In this document: positions 1 through 12,759 of the stretch, piece by piece
Layout: each line of letters opens with the position of its first letter
How positions within the stretch are numbered: position 1 is the stretch's first letter
Assembly (NCBI GenBank): GCA_037379345.1
Contig: CM074515.1
Coordinates: 33,855,801-33,919,800 of the forward strand
DNA from: Perna viridis
Taxonomy: Eukaryota
Direction of reading: 5' to 3'
DNA: 64,000 nt
Translations under genes and position numbers: made by a program
The notes under the pieces: model-generated
What the model was told of the DNA's origin: nothing
The model's database searches: none
Seen by the model: the letters and a program-made list of their open reading frames with translations, nothing else

Positions 1-97
1 GTTTCCTCAACCCAATCTCACTTGTTCATCTCACTTCAAGTGATTTGATGGATTGATGGATGTGTTTATTTCTGTAAACTGAATTTTTCTATTTCAG

Positions 98-207
98 GAG
101 TTCACCTCAGATTTGACCTCAGGGTGTTATAAGAAGAGTGCCTTACCTGATGATTTTGCTTCACATTCTCTTGCTGTTATAGAAATGGATATATTTAATA
201 AACTTAG
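98..207 (+). CDS. CARMIL: CARMIL (LRRC16) internal exon, helical dimerisation region (EFTSDLTSG...EMDIFNKL)
   Basis: ttcAG/GTaata boundaries, open frame, phase 0->2. Joined to the next exon it reads DIFNKLS-ELNLAVAAHISDRAVDAVIENLSSSHKKL, resembling CARMIL1 [36 protein letters not shown] (recalled). Confidence 0.85.
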
Positions 208-393
208 GTAATAAATAAATATCTGTGACTTTAATACCCTCACATTCTTTAGCTGTTACTATATATAGAAATTGATAAACAATGAAACCTGTCCACATTG
301 AACCTCTCCTAGGCTAATGGATTTATTCATTTTAGGAAGGTCTCTAGTTTAAACATGTTCAAAATTTGTTGCAACTGATATGAAGGGACTTAA

Positions 394-606
394 CGCATTA
401 GACCTAGGGTAAGGGAAATAACTCTTTGAAATCAGTGATATGTTTGTATCATATTCAATTTCACCAAAGCCTTTCAAGCTTTCCTTTGAAGCTGAATGAA
501 ATCAGTCCAAGTTACTTTGATGCTTACATGAGATTGATGTAAAATACTGAATACAAACATTCCAATGATTTGTAAGAGATGTGTCCTTTACCTTATGTCT
601 ACCTCC
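394..606. mobile_element. Kolobok-type TTAA MITE (family K1), nested in a TA-flanked MITE
   Basis: TTAA flanks; TIR (GGAGG)TAGACCTAGGGTAAGGGA with a decayed left end. Confidence 0.8.
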
Positions 607-1293
607 TTAAGAAGATGCTTTGGTTAGCTGATTTAAACAGGTTTTGGGTTAGGCAGGTTTTACTGTATTAAACAAGTATTGGTATAACTAGAAATACATT
701 TCAAATTCTGCAAGTTCAGAAATAATTACAATATTTTTCATTGTGCATATTGAAAACTGTAACTGTATGAAATTTTGCAATGTACTTATTTTTGCTATTT
801 TTCCAGTGGACTGAAAAGTGCGAAAAAAATAGTACCCATGAAATCACTCATAATTTTTTAAACCACAATAATTGAACTTGTGAAATTCAGCAACCACAAA
901 AATTCAAAATATTAACAGTATTACAAATGTACTGGTAAGCCCAACCTTTAGGAAGACTGATATTAACAGTATAACAAATATACTGGTAAGCCCAACCCTT
1001 AGGAAGATTGTCTTTTCTAAACAATATTTAGTTTGGGAGAGGGGAACCGTTATTGTCTAGTTTGTACTCCTGCAAAACAGCTTATAGAATGATGAATGTC
1101 AGGTGGGTGGGTAAAATATTTTCTTTACATTTTTCTCAGCAACTATAAACCACAGCCACTAGATATTTGGTATGCAACTTCAGTATGGGGTCCCTTATAA
1201 TAGGATGCGATTTCAGGTCTATCATACTTCCTGTTTACCCACTTTGTGTATTGTTCAGCATTTACCTGGTTATTTCTGTCTTTGACCTATTAA

Positions 1294-1680
1294 GTGTAAG
1301 TGTTTGTAAGAATCAGGCAAAATTGGAAAAAAATCAGAAACATGTTTGTCAAAACCCACCGATCTGACAATATGATTTCACTCAAGGATGCTTTCTTTAT
1401 TTGAAAAGCTTATTATTTGATCTCTGTATCAATCGATTTGCTCAGATAGTTTTCAATAGAATCTTAGAAAAATGAGTTTTATGACAGAGTTATCTGCTTT
1501 TGAAATGTTCATTTTCAGTGCATTTCAATGAAATTGTAACTCAATGGTCCAGCATGATATGGAAATCTTGTCTGTTTTCCTTGATTCTTATAGCACAAAT
1601 AGTCAAATTACACTATCAATATGATGGTTTTTTTTAACACCATGTTTCACCTACTGCCTGCTTCTTACAGAGACTGACAC
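1294..1680. mobile_element. TTAA-flanked MITE (family K2, TIR core GTAAGAATCAGGCA)
   Basis: TTAA on both sides; closely similar copy at 41580-41950. Confidence 0.8.
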
Positions 1681-1916
1681 TTAATGGTTCACACAGTTCA
1701 AATTTTGTAGAAGTCAGACGAACATTCTTCTGTTCTTTTACCTCGTGTTTTAAATGAATGCATGTTTACTGGATATTACAAAACTTTAGAATTTGTATAA
1801 ATAGAATGGATTCTACCAAACCCTAGTTTTATTCAGTGGAGATAATCTGATTGTAAGTATCAATGATAAAAATATTTACAACGAAAATCAAATAAGTTTT
1901 AATGCTTTTTTTCCAG

Positions 1917-2004
1917 TGAATTAAATCTAGCTGTAGCAGCCCATATATCTGACAGAGCTGTAGATGCTGTAATAGAAAACTTGTCATCAAGTCATAAAAA
2001 ATTG
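1917..2004 (+). CDS. CARMIL: CARMIL exon (ELNLAVAAHISDRAVDAVIENLSSSHKKL)
   Basis: tttttttccAG/GTaatt, phase 2->0; strong resemblance to the end of the CARMIL helical domain. Confidence 0.9.
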
Positions 2005-2301
2005 GTAATTATAATATACTATGTATATACTAGTCATTATCTGTGGTTAATGATAGAAAAATTCGGCGCCTGTTTACTGAGGACTATTAAAAGCAGGGGT
2101 AACACTAATTAGCCATCACTCACAGATTTCTTGTTTATTTAGTCCAATTTTAGAGTTGATAATAAGAGCCAGACTTGCACATTCTTAAAAACCTCCTTGA
2201 GTATAAAAGGTTATAGGTTCCAGTCCAAGTTATACCAAAAACATTTAAATTGGATGTCACTGCTTTGCTGCGAAGTATGTGACATATTGGAGGTAGATTA
2301 A

Positions 2302-2498
2302 GGAGGTAGACCTAAGGTAAGGCACACAACTCTTACAAATCATTGGAACCTTTGTATTAAGCATTTTATATCAATCTCATGTAAACATCAAAGTTCATTC
2401 TGTTTCAAATGAAAGCTTGATAGGCTTTGGTGAAATTGAATATGATACGAACATATAAAGATTTTAAGAGTTGTTTCCCTTACTCTAAGTCTACCTCC
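2302..2498. mobile_element. Kolobok-type TTAA MITE (K1), nested in a decayed SINE
   Basis: TTAA-GGAGGTAGACC...GTCTACCTCC-TTAA. Confidence 0.85.
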
Positions 2499-2714
2499 TT
2501 AAGAACTGAGGTCAGATTTAGAGTAATGTCCATGTGGGATGACATGCTTATCTTTAGTTAATAGCTTCTGTGAGCAAGCAAATGAAATATATTACTCAGT
2601 GTATTGGACTAGTGCAAAGCTGGGTGTTTTCGATAAATTAAACTTTCTCGGTCTGAAGTGCATGCAATTACCACAATTAATCAATCATTCTTAAAAACAA
2701 CTTCTATATTTTAG

Positions 2715-2882
2715 ACAAACCATCTAAATATGGAGAAAAGTAAAGCAGGCAGACAGAGTAAAGTTGTTAAAGAAGCCGAACCACATAAAAGTGAGACGGA
2801 GAAAGTGGATCGACCAAAGACGGGAAGTGTGGAGGATTTGGCATCTAATCATTCCTCAGATAGTACTCATAGTTCTCCCATG
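2715..2882 (+). CDS. CARMIL: CARMIL exon (TNHLNMEK...STHSSPM)
   Basis: ttttAG/GTaagt, 168 nt open, phase 0->0. Confidence 0.85.
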
Positions 2883-2989
2883 GTAAGTGTTTGCAAGACA
2901 TGAACTAATTATAGGGGTTGTAATCTGTGAAATATGACTTGTTAAAGCTGAATCTATAAAGTTCCTTGTGTTTTAAACTGTAGGAAATA

Positions 2990-3370
2990 TCTATTTGATA
3001 CAATAATGGCTATCGACCTGTTTAGAAAAAGTTTCAGTTAGAATTTTTCATCAGATATTTAATACAATAATGGCCACTGGCCTGTTTAGAAATAGTTTCA
3101 GTTAGAATTTTTCATCTGATATTTAATACAATAATGACCACTGGCCTGTTAAGAAAAATTTCAATTAGAATTTTTCATCTGATATTTAATACAATAATGG
3201 CCACTGGCCTGTTTAGAAAAAGTTTCAGTTAGAATTTTTCATCTGATATTTAATACAATAATGGCCACTGGCCTGTTTAGAAAAAGTTTCAGTTAGAATT
3301 TTTCATCTGATATTTAATACAATAATGGCCACTGGCCTGTTAAGAAAAAATTTCAATTAGAATTTTTCAT
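2990..3370. repeat. 64-bp minisatellite, about 6 copies
   Basis: Unit gatatttaatacaataatggccactggcctgtttagaaaaagtttcagttagaatttttcatct. Confidence 0.9.
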
Positions 3371-3410
3371 ACTATACCAGGAAAAAAAAACTTTCATGTA
3401 TCTAAGAGTC

Positions 3411-4038
3411 TGATTTGACCATATTTGTCAGTTAAAAAAAAATCATAATTTAATGGGTAAATTTTTCATCAAGGTAATAATCTCCCTTTTGATAGCCAAT
3501 ATTTTGCTTCGGTTAATATTTTGACCTTAAATGACCTAATTGATTAATTTCAGTTAATACTAATTGTACAGCTGAATTTACTGAAATGTGGATACTTCAG
3601 TTTTGATCAGACCGGTGTATTTTACAGTCAAAGCATTCATTAATACTTTAATAGTAAACACACTAGGTTTCTAATAGCAAACACACTAGGTTTCTAATAG
3701 CAAACACACTAGGTTTTCTAATAGCAAACACACTAGGATTTCTTTTTCAGGTTGTTTTTATTGTTATTTATGATAGTTGTTGTAATTATACATATGTGAC
3801 TTAGATAGTTTTATTTTTATTTTATTACATACACTGGTCTGATCAAAACTGAAGTATCCACATTTCAGTAAATTCAACTGTACAATTAGTATTAACTGAA
3901 ATTAATCAATTAGGTCATTTCAGGCCAAAAATATTAATCGAAACAAAATATTGGCTATTAAAAGGGAGATCATTACCTTGATGAAAAATTTACCCATCTA
4001 ATAATGATTTTTTTTAACTGACAAATATTGTCAAATCA
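3411..4038. repeat. Foldback element: ~210-bp inverted arms with a short tandem repeat in the spacer
   Basis: 3411-3620 is the reverse complement of 3829-4038 with few mismatches; the spacer has about 4 copies of aatagcaaacacactaggtttct. Confidence 0.9.
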
Positions 4039-4671
4039 CTCACATAATTTGTCTACTATTAAAATTACAAAAACAATGACATTCTTCATAAATTTTACCC
4101 AAAGGACTCTTTGTTGTGTTTCCCAACACCTTTTCCAATACGTCATAAGAAGGTATATTTGTGGGATTTTCAACGCATGTTTGCGCTTAGTGAAACCTGT
4201 CTAAACCAAAACTCTTTAAAACCAAAGAAATTGTTCTGTTTAGGAAGGTGGTAGGTTTATACAGGTCCAAAATGTATTGGAATAGATGTGAAGGGATTTT
4301 AGAAGAAATCTGATCTGAACAGGTCATCTGAGGGTTTGGTTTTGGCAGGTTTTACTGTAGCATTGCATATATGTGTGAAACAATATCAGTAATGAAAATA
4401 TAGTTACATGTATTGGAATACAGCATTTTCTTGAGCTATCAACTCCGGTTATTCTGTAATTTTGAATTTTTTGCTATGTAATCAATAAAAATTCTCCAAT
4501 ATACTGCCCCCCCCCCCCCCAAAATTTTATTGGACCATGATTGTGTTGTCTTAACCAAAAAAAACCAAAAAAACCCAAAAACAAAAAAAAAACAAAAATA
4601 AAGAATACACAGAAAATAATAAGTAATCTCGCATAATTATAGAACCATACTAAACATGTTTTACATGACAG

Positions 4672-4692
4672 CCATCGAAACAACAAAAAGAA
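4672..4692 (+). CDS. CARMIL: Candidate 21-nt microexon of CARMIL (PSKQQKE)
   Basis: Branch-like tactaaac, acAG acceptor and consensus GTAAGT donor; phase 0-0 matches the flanking exons. Confidence 0.45.
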
Positions 4693-5266
4693 GTAAGTTC
4701 CATTTCACGCTTTACCAAAACAAATCTTGCTGATGTAACGGGATACATTGAATGATGTCATTAATCAGCAATTTCTTTCTTATGTTGCTGCCTGTGTATT
4801 TCTCCAATTACTTTTACAAACTTTCATTATTGTCTTTTTTTTTAACAAACTTCATTCACTGTGTACAAAAAATGTGGTTGAGTTGATTTTTCTTTTTCAC
4901 TATTTATATCATTGTGTTGCTATAAATGAATTTCTGCTATGTTTTAATAGACTTGAGCTGTATATGTTCAACTTGGTATTAATTCTGAGCACACCTTTTA
5001 TTTTCATACAATCTCCTGTGATAATTTGATGTCTTGTTTATGTCTTAGCCTATGGCATGAGTTATTGAACTTGATTTTTTATTTTTCAATGCTGTTGTCT
5101 GATCTGTCTTTTTATACACCTATTTACAATGATTGCAAATCTTTTACAGTGAATACAATGATGTTTTTCAGGGAATAGAATTGGTCTTTCCTTTAATGCA
5201 AGACAATTACCTGATGACTTTCCTTGGGTAGTTACATGAAAATAAACAGTAAAAAAAGAGATTTAA

Positions 5267-5633
5267 GTACCATTCTGTGTAAGAATCAGGCAATGGTTGG
5301 CACATCATTTTCCCCAATTTAGCCATTTTTGCCAAAATATATTCAGTACATCTAGAAAGCAACTAAAAATCTATATATGTTTATCCTGAAGCATCTGTGA
5401 CGTAGATATTTTTGACTGCTTTTATAGGGAAAGAGTTTTTCAGTAGTGCATTTCAACTAAATTTGACCTATCTATATCTTAAAAAGGCAAATTTAACAAA
5501 CACTTTACTGGTTTTTCTGGTGGTTATCAGGTATAATTAATTGGTTAATGCTATAAAATCTCTGCGTATTTTTCCTTCATGTGCTACACCTTATAATATA
5601 TACATTTTGCCCGATTCTTAGATGGAGCAGTAC
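5267..5633. mobile_element. TTAA-flanked MITE (K2-related subfamily) nested in a palindromic MITE
   Basis: TTAA-GTAC...GTAC-TTAA; related copies at about 21885-22246 and 47523-47888. Confidence 0.8.
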
Positions 5634-6585
5634 TTAAACAATCTATCATATTTCATGTGTATTTAAAACCATGTCTGATTGTAAGTTTAAATTTCATTCT
5701 CAATTGTCAAGTTAACAACTTAAGCCAGTTCATCAGGTAATTGTCATTCAAGTAAGGGTAGACTTACTCCATCCCATGAACATCATCATTGTTTTTGCTA
5801 TAACTTGATTGACTAGCATGGAAATATAGTAATAAAACCTTCTCTAAGGAGATTTCTATCATTACAAGTTTTGGTATATTTCTTTTTACATTGTGGCATG
5901 ATGTAGTTGTACACTGTGCTTCTGTTTTTTATTTATCAGTTAGCAAGTATTCATTTTTGCATCCCCTGTTTTCAGTTTTGTTTGCTGTTAATATTTTGTC
6001 CCTGGAATAGAGTGTAATTTTTTTTGCAATTTATAAATTTAGCTTACTAGCAAGAATGAAATATAGTTGTGCTCAAAAGTGATCAAAATTGGCAATTTAA
6101 AAGACCATTTTGGGTTTGAAACGGCCTTTTACATGTATCATACTGATCTTATTTATCCAGAAAGTGGGTCAGCATGCTAAGATCTAGATCTAAATACACA
6201 ACATTGATCTGACACGGGTCATTTCATACTAGGTCGCTAAGGGGCAGCCTTATCTCTTGTATTTTCCTTTTAACAATGGCATTTACTGGTTTAAAATGAG
6301 GAAAAAACAGTTCAAGTAATAAAATCAATTATCAAATGTGTTTAACACAAAATATTGACCCAACCAATTTATTAATTTGTAAATGAAAATTTTCACAGGA
6401 AGAACAATGAACTTGGATTATACAAATAAGAAAAAAACATTAAAAGAACTTAAAAAGAATACCTTTACATTTTTATTGCTGGAGCAAAAATGCTTCCTGA
6501 GTATTTGTTTTAACATCTCCAATTTGCTATTTATGATACATTCGTGCCATCTGAACTAATATAATGTCCATATTGTAAATTACAG

Positions 6586-6655
6586 GGTACACCAAACATT
6601 GCCAACAAGAGGGAAACGGTGAAGGCTAGAAGGAATCGCCCACCTACTGTCATAG
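6586..6655 (+). CDS. CARMIL: CARMIL exon (GTPNIANKRETVKARRNRPPTVI)
   Basis: tacAG/GTaaga, phase 0->1; resembles the CARMIL TP..KRKS..R.LRP.S segment. Confidence 0.85.
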
Positions 6656-8239
6656 GTAAGAAATCAGTTCGTTTCTTACATATATGGAGTAGTATGTGGG
6701 TCATGAATTCAGTCTCTCCTGCTAGAAATATCTAAATAGATCAAGGCAGATGTTACATACACAATCCACTGCACTTTTTACTTCTCACTTGTGTGGATTA
6801 AGCTCTGTATTCCTTTTATATCTTTTTTCATTCTTCCTTCTTGGAAATAAAGTGAGATCTTGCTTAGAGTTTTTTCTCATTAACATTAGTTTTCGTTTAT
6901 TAAGCTTTTCATATCAGTCACTTTGTCAATCATATGAAAGTAGAAACTTTAACATTTATTGTTTTCTTTTAAAAATAACCCCAAGAGTTTTCTATCTGGG
7001 AATAGATGTTGTCTTCTCTTGATTTAATGACCCTTACCTGTTGAAATTCCCAAGTACTTAAGTGGATAATTAAGAAGGAGATTCAAACTTTCTATCATTT
7101 CGTAGGTATTTTAGTCTAGGACTGATGGAAGGTTTTAATCTCATTGTCAACAGTCCCGTTAACTACCAAAGAAAGCTCATCAGGTGATAGTCAAATTATC
7201 AAGGGAAGACCAACACTGTCCTGTAAAGTTAACTTTTTTACTGGCTGTAAAGTATCTTTGTTTCTGTTAATTGGAGATAGACAAAAATATCAAAAGAAAT
7301 TTTAATGTATAGAACAACTGTAAATTTTATCATAGGTACAAAATACAGCACATACATTGATGATGTTCAGAGGATAGAGTTGGTCATCCTGTAATTTAAT
7401 GACAATTACCTGATTAACCTCGTAGGACAAGGAGATAATTGAATTTTCTGTCTGACAAACTCAAACTGCTGATAGAAAGTTTTATCTCTTTCTCAGTTGT
7501 GCAGTTAACTTCTAGGCAATTCATGAGGGAAGGGTAATTTAATCAAGAGAAAACAAAGTCTATTCCGTGAACATCATCAGTGTATGAGCTGTAAAAAATT
7601 GCCAAGATATATTCTTATTTAGCACAATGTTATCACTAGTATAAAAAACAAACTGTTTATAACCTGTAGATTTCACTCTACATCTGTACATACCTAGAGT
7701 AAATCTTTTGTGTAGTTTTCTCGCTAACATTTATCAATTGATGTGATCTATTGGTTAATTTTTAGCAGCAAACTTCTTTATCTTTAGTTTCAAGTTTATT
7801 TAGAACAGGAAGCAGGGTCTGGTATTCCTGACTGGTCAAAATTATTAGTTTACTCATCATTAAGAGCCACTCAGTCTGACACAACTACAGGTATGAGTTC
7901 CAACCCTGCTGTAGAAATTGGGGTGCACTTGATTTGTGCATGATAAATTTATCCAGTTATCTGCCCAAACCAATAGTCATTTTAAGTACACTTGCTTTCT
8001 TTACCACTTACAACAGGAAGCAAGCATTAAACATTCACTAAATGATGCTTTTTGGAATTCTCTGGCCTCCTAACTTGGAGTATTTTTGGGGAAAAGAGGT
8101 GGATAAATCTTGTTTCCTTCAACGTTTAAACCCTCAAACTGACCACTTCCTTCACACTTATCTTTTCAATGATTTTTGTGTTCTTCAACACCCACAATGG
8201 CTACTTCATCAATTTTTGATACATTCCTTAAATTAGCCA

Positions 8240-9873
8240 TTTCATTAATTTTAGTTTCCTTTAACCCTCAAAATTGCCGCTTTCCTACAACCCTCCAACT
8301 GACTACTTCATCAATTTTAGTTTCCTTTAGCCCTCAAAATTGCTACTTTCCTACAACCCTCCAACTGTCTACTTCATCAATTTTAGTTTCCTTTAGCCCT
8401 CAAAATTGCCACTTTCCTACAACCCTCCAACTGACTACTTCATCAATTTTAGTTTCCTTTAGCCCTCAAAATTGTCACTTTCCTACAACCCTCCAACTGA
8501 CTATTTCATCAATTTTACTTTCCTACAACCATCAAAATTGCCACTTTCCTACAATCTTCCTACTGACTACTTCATTAATATTAGTTTCCTACAACCCTCA
8601 AAATTGCCACTTTCCTACAACCCTCCAACTGACTACTTCATCAATATTAGTTTCCTTTAGCCCTCAAAATTGCTACTTTCACACAACCCTCCAACTGACT
8701 ACTTCATCAATTTTAGTTTCCTTTAGCCCTCAAAATTGCCACTTTCCTACAACCCTCCAACTGACTACTTCATCAATTTTAGTTTCCTTTAGCCCTCAAA
8801 ATTGCTACTTTCACACAACCCTCCAACTGACTACTTCATCAATTTTAGTTTCCTTTAGCCCTCAAAATTGCCACTTTCCTACAACCCTCCAACTGACTAC
8901 TTCATCAATATTAGTTTCCTTTAGCCCTCAAAATTGCCACTTTCCTACAACCCTCCAACTGACTACTTCATCAATTTTAGTTTCCTTTAACCCTCAAAAT
9001 TGGCACTTTCACACAACCCTCCAACTGACTACTTCATCAATTTTAGTTTCCTACAACCATCAAAATTGCCACTTTCCTACAACCTTCCAACTGACTGCTT
9101 CATCAATTTTAGTTTCCTTTAGCCCTCAAAATTGCTACTTTCCTACAACCCTCCAACTGTCTACTTCATCAATTTTAGTTTCCTTTAGCCCTCAAAATTG
9201 CCACTTTCCTACAACCCTCCAACTGACTACTTCATCAATTTTAGTTTCCTTTAGCCCTCAAAATTGCCACTTTCACACAACCCTCCAACTGACTACTTCA
9301 TCAATTTTAGTTTCCTTCAACCCTCAAAATTGCCACTTTCCTACAACCCTCCAACTGACTACTTCATCAATTTTAGTTTCCTTTAGCCCTCAAAATTGCC
9401 ACTTTCCTACAACCCTCCAACTGACTACTTCATCAATTTTAGTTTCCTACATCCATCAAAATTGCCACTTTCCTACAATTTCCAACTGACTACTTCATTA
9501 ATTTTAGTTTCCTACAACCCTCAAAATTGCCACTTTCCTACAATCTTCCAACTGACTACTTCATCAATATTAGTTTCCTTTAGCCCTCAAAATTGCTACT
9601 TTCCTACAACCCTCCAACTGACTACTTCATCAATTTTAGTTTCCTACAACCCTCAAAATTTCCACTTTCCTACAACCCTCCAACTGACTGCTTCATCAAT
9701 TTTAGTTTCCTTTAGCCCTCAAAATTGCTACTTTCCTACAACCCTCCAACTGTCTACTTCATCAATTTTAGTTTCCTTTAGCCCTCAAAATTGCCACTTT
9801 CCTACAACCCTCCAACTGACTACTTCATCAATTTTAGTTTCCTACAACCCTCAAAATTGCCACTTTCCTACAA
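8240..9873. repeat. 66-bp intronic minisatellite, about 25 copies
   Basis: Unit ccctcaaaattgccactttcctacaaccctccaactgactacttcatcaattttagtttcctttag. Confidence 0.95.
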
Positions 9874-10003
9874 CTTCAAACATGATAGAATCAGCAAATA
9901 TTTTGCTTGCACAAATTCTTAATATTAAAATCATAATCCCAATAGATCACATCATTAGATTTTAGTGTGATGCTTTGCTAACCTTGCTTGATTCATATCT
10001 TAG

Positions 10004-10180
10004 ACACAGATCATGTTAAAAAAGCTTTAGAAGTTTACAACAGCGTAAACCCTACTGAGTCTGCACCCCGCCCTTGTCCTGGTTCTAGGACAAATACCCC
10101 TCCTAGTTCCTCACTTGTTACCATGACAGCAAGAGATGCAGATGACTTTAAACTTACAGAGCTAACAGAGCAGAAGAAAG
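10004..10180 (+). CDS. CARMIL: CARMIL exon (DTDHVKKALEV...LTELTEQKK)
   Basis: cttAG/GTattc, phase 1->1, inside ORF 9988-10467. Confidence 0.8.
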
Positions 10181-11739
10181 GTATTCATTGGTTAAAGTCA
10201 TGTGACTTGCATGTGTTTCTGTCCAAATTTTTTGTTTTTGTTTGTGTATATAAATATATTATGATTACATATTTCCCAACTGATTTGCCCCCTACTTCAT
10301 GTATATTAATTCATTATATTACTTGTTATATCTTTATTTTCTTCTATTTTATTATAAAGTATGTACCATTTGAAAATACTGTTTTTCATAGCACTGCATC
10401 TTTTTTATCTAAATTTCTCCATAAGCTTTTCATTGCATATGCATACTGCCATACCATCTACAGATAAATGTATTTATATGACTAAATATGAATTATGTGT
10501 TGCTTTGTCATATAATCATTGTTTTTGTCTGCACATCACATATTTGTGGAGTATTTCTTTAGTGTAAAAATATTGCTCTGAGAATGACATTTCAGCTTAT
10601 TATCAAGGTTGACAATTTTATGATTAGTTAAGTAGCTGTTTTTATAAAAATCAGACAGGAGGTGATTCATGCATGTTAAAAACCCACCAAAGTCAGTTTT
10701 ATTTCTTGTTCAAAAATTATTATAGGTCACATAACTAGTCTTAGTTTTTCATTTGGAGGTTTCGCTTTTGAGATAAAATTTATATAGATTGCACATGCAA
10801 TTAGCACTTTGCAAGAGTTACTGTTCTTGATTTGGTTTGATTTGGTTGATTTAAGTGGGAGGTTAAAGTATATTTTTCTCAAAAGTACAGATCTAAATAC
10901 AGAAAGGACTATTGTCACATTAAAATATAGCATGTGTAGACTGAAAAAGCATCATCTGATCCATGGGTTGTTTCTACACCATGAATCACCTTACCATAGG
11001 CTGTGTCTGAACTTTATATGGACTGGTGAACATAACGGTTTTATACTTGGTAATTCATTCTTAGAATTATAGGGGTTCATTGGTATATTATCATATAGCC
11101 CCACAAACAGTAAAACATACTGGCCACAGCTGGTGGGCCATTGACCACAAAATTTAGAAATGCAGTCATCAAAAATTTGTTTTCCTGATAAAGTATTCAT
11201 CTTTTGATATTGCCGTAATTCAATTGATAGAATATGATTTTTTTTTGTTCATAACCTTTGTGCTTGTACAAATTGTGCTGTGAAGAATCTCAATATACTT
11301 TTCAAAGTACATGTATTATAACTATTGCTTCTATGAAGAAAAAAAAAAATGTTTTGTTTTTATGCATATAAAGTAGATTAAAAAAAGATTTTCATCTGCT
11401 TTAAAAATTATGTATAAGTGTAATTCTTGGTTTCTTATTTAGTTTTTAGTATTAAAATTTTATGTATATGCAGCTTTGTTTTATATTTTGCTGTTTCAGT
11501 CCCTTGAAATCATGTCTGTTAATTAAGCACAAGGTATTTATTGCACAATATAGATATGTGCCTTCTTTTATTGTCACAAGTTAATGCTGGGAAAATTAAT
11601 ATTTTGTAGTTGACCAGATTCTAGACTCCCAAGAATTGCCACCTTTAGGTAAGTAGTAGTTAATGGTTCTGAGTTTTGATTAGATACAATAAATATTTTA
11701 TTGTCCCACACCTCAACATGAAATACTGGTGTGCTTCTG

Positions 11740-12100
11740 TGCATTGCATCTGTCTGTACACTTTGTGGACACAACTCCTTTGAAACCATTCGATAGATTT
11801 TGTTCAAACTTTTTGGGATTGATTGTTAGTGACCTTTTGTAGTTGATCATATTGTGCTGTCAGTTTCATCTGCAAATTTTACAGGAGTTATTGGACTTAT
11901 ATGAATTCACACATGTTACACTATATGTACACTTTGTGAATGCAACTGCTTGGAAACCTCTCAATGGAATTTGTTCAAACTTTGTAGGATTACTAGTCAC
12001 TATATGTAGTTGATCATATTGCTCCACAATTTGGACAAATTTTACAGGAGTTATTGAGCTTTTGCACTTCAAAATGTCATGTAAATTCTGTGAAAAAGGC
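11740..12100 (+). mobile_element. Helentron/HINE-like remnant with two ~170-bp core monomers
   Basis: Two diverged copies of ttgtg.a..caact.ct..gaaacc...ttgttcaaacttt...ttttacaggagttattg preceded by tctg repeats. Confidence 0.45.
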
Positions 12101-12759
12101 TACATACTTTTATTTTTGTTATTAAGTTTCTTTTATAGGTCTGTATGATGAAATGTATAATTATTCATTTCAATCTGTCTGTTTAGGAGATAATCCACAA
12201 GGAAAATCCAGTAGTTTCTATTGTATTTTTGTGTATTTTATTAATTCTACAGTTCAGTCTGTATAACTTTTATCTCCTATGAAGAAGGGTTGTATGAAAA
12301 GCCATGTAACTTTCTGTTTTCTGTGACATTTAAAACAAAGTATCAAAAATGAAAATATGTAGGCTTTCTAACCATGAATTACATTTTGAATGATTGTTAC
12401 CTAGAGTGCCACTTATGTGAAATTGATTCTTGATAAGAACTTTTGGTTTTTATTGTTTATTTGTTTTAATGATATGGAAAAATCTAACTATGAAAAGTAC
12501 TACCTAAAAAAGGAAACTGTGATGACATGCAAAAATAAAAGTACTTGCAATATAAGCTCTATAAAAAAACCACGAGGTTCTCAGGTGCTCTGGGAAAAAT
12601 GTGGTAGCGTTTTTTTTAATATGTGGGTTTTGTATAATCACCAAAGTTATTGGAAATATTAAATTTCATTTGGGAATTAAAATTTATACTTGTCTAAACT
12701 ATCAAAAACCACGAAAATTGGACCTCTGTGAAAAATTATACTTTCTTGTTTTTTTTCAG

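Noticed and set aside
8176-9965. 437-aa and 189-aa repetitive ORFs (PQNCHFPTTLQLTTSSILVSFS)n as a protein-coding gene
   Set aside because: Product of a 66-bp minisatellite inside a CARMIL intron; non-ATG starts, a 1-bp frameshift near 9480, and unit variants that are largely non-synonymous.
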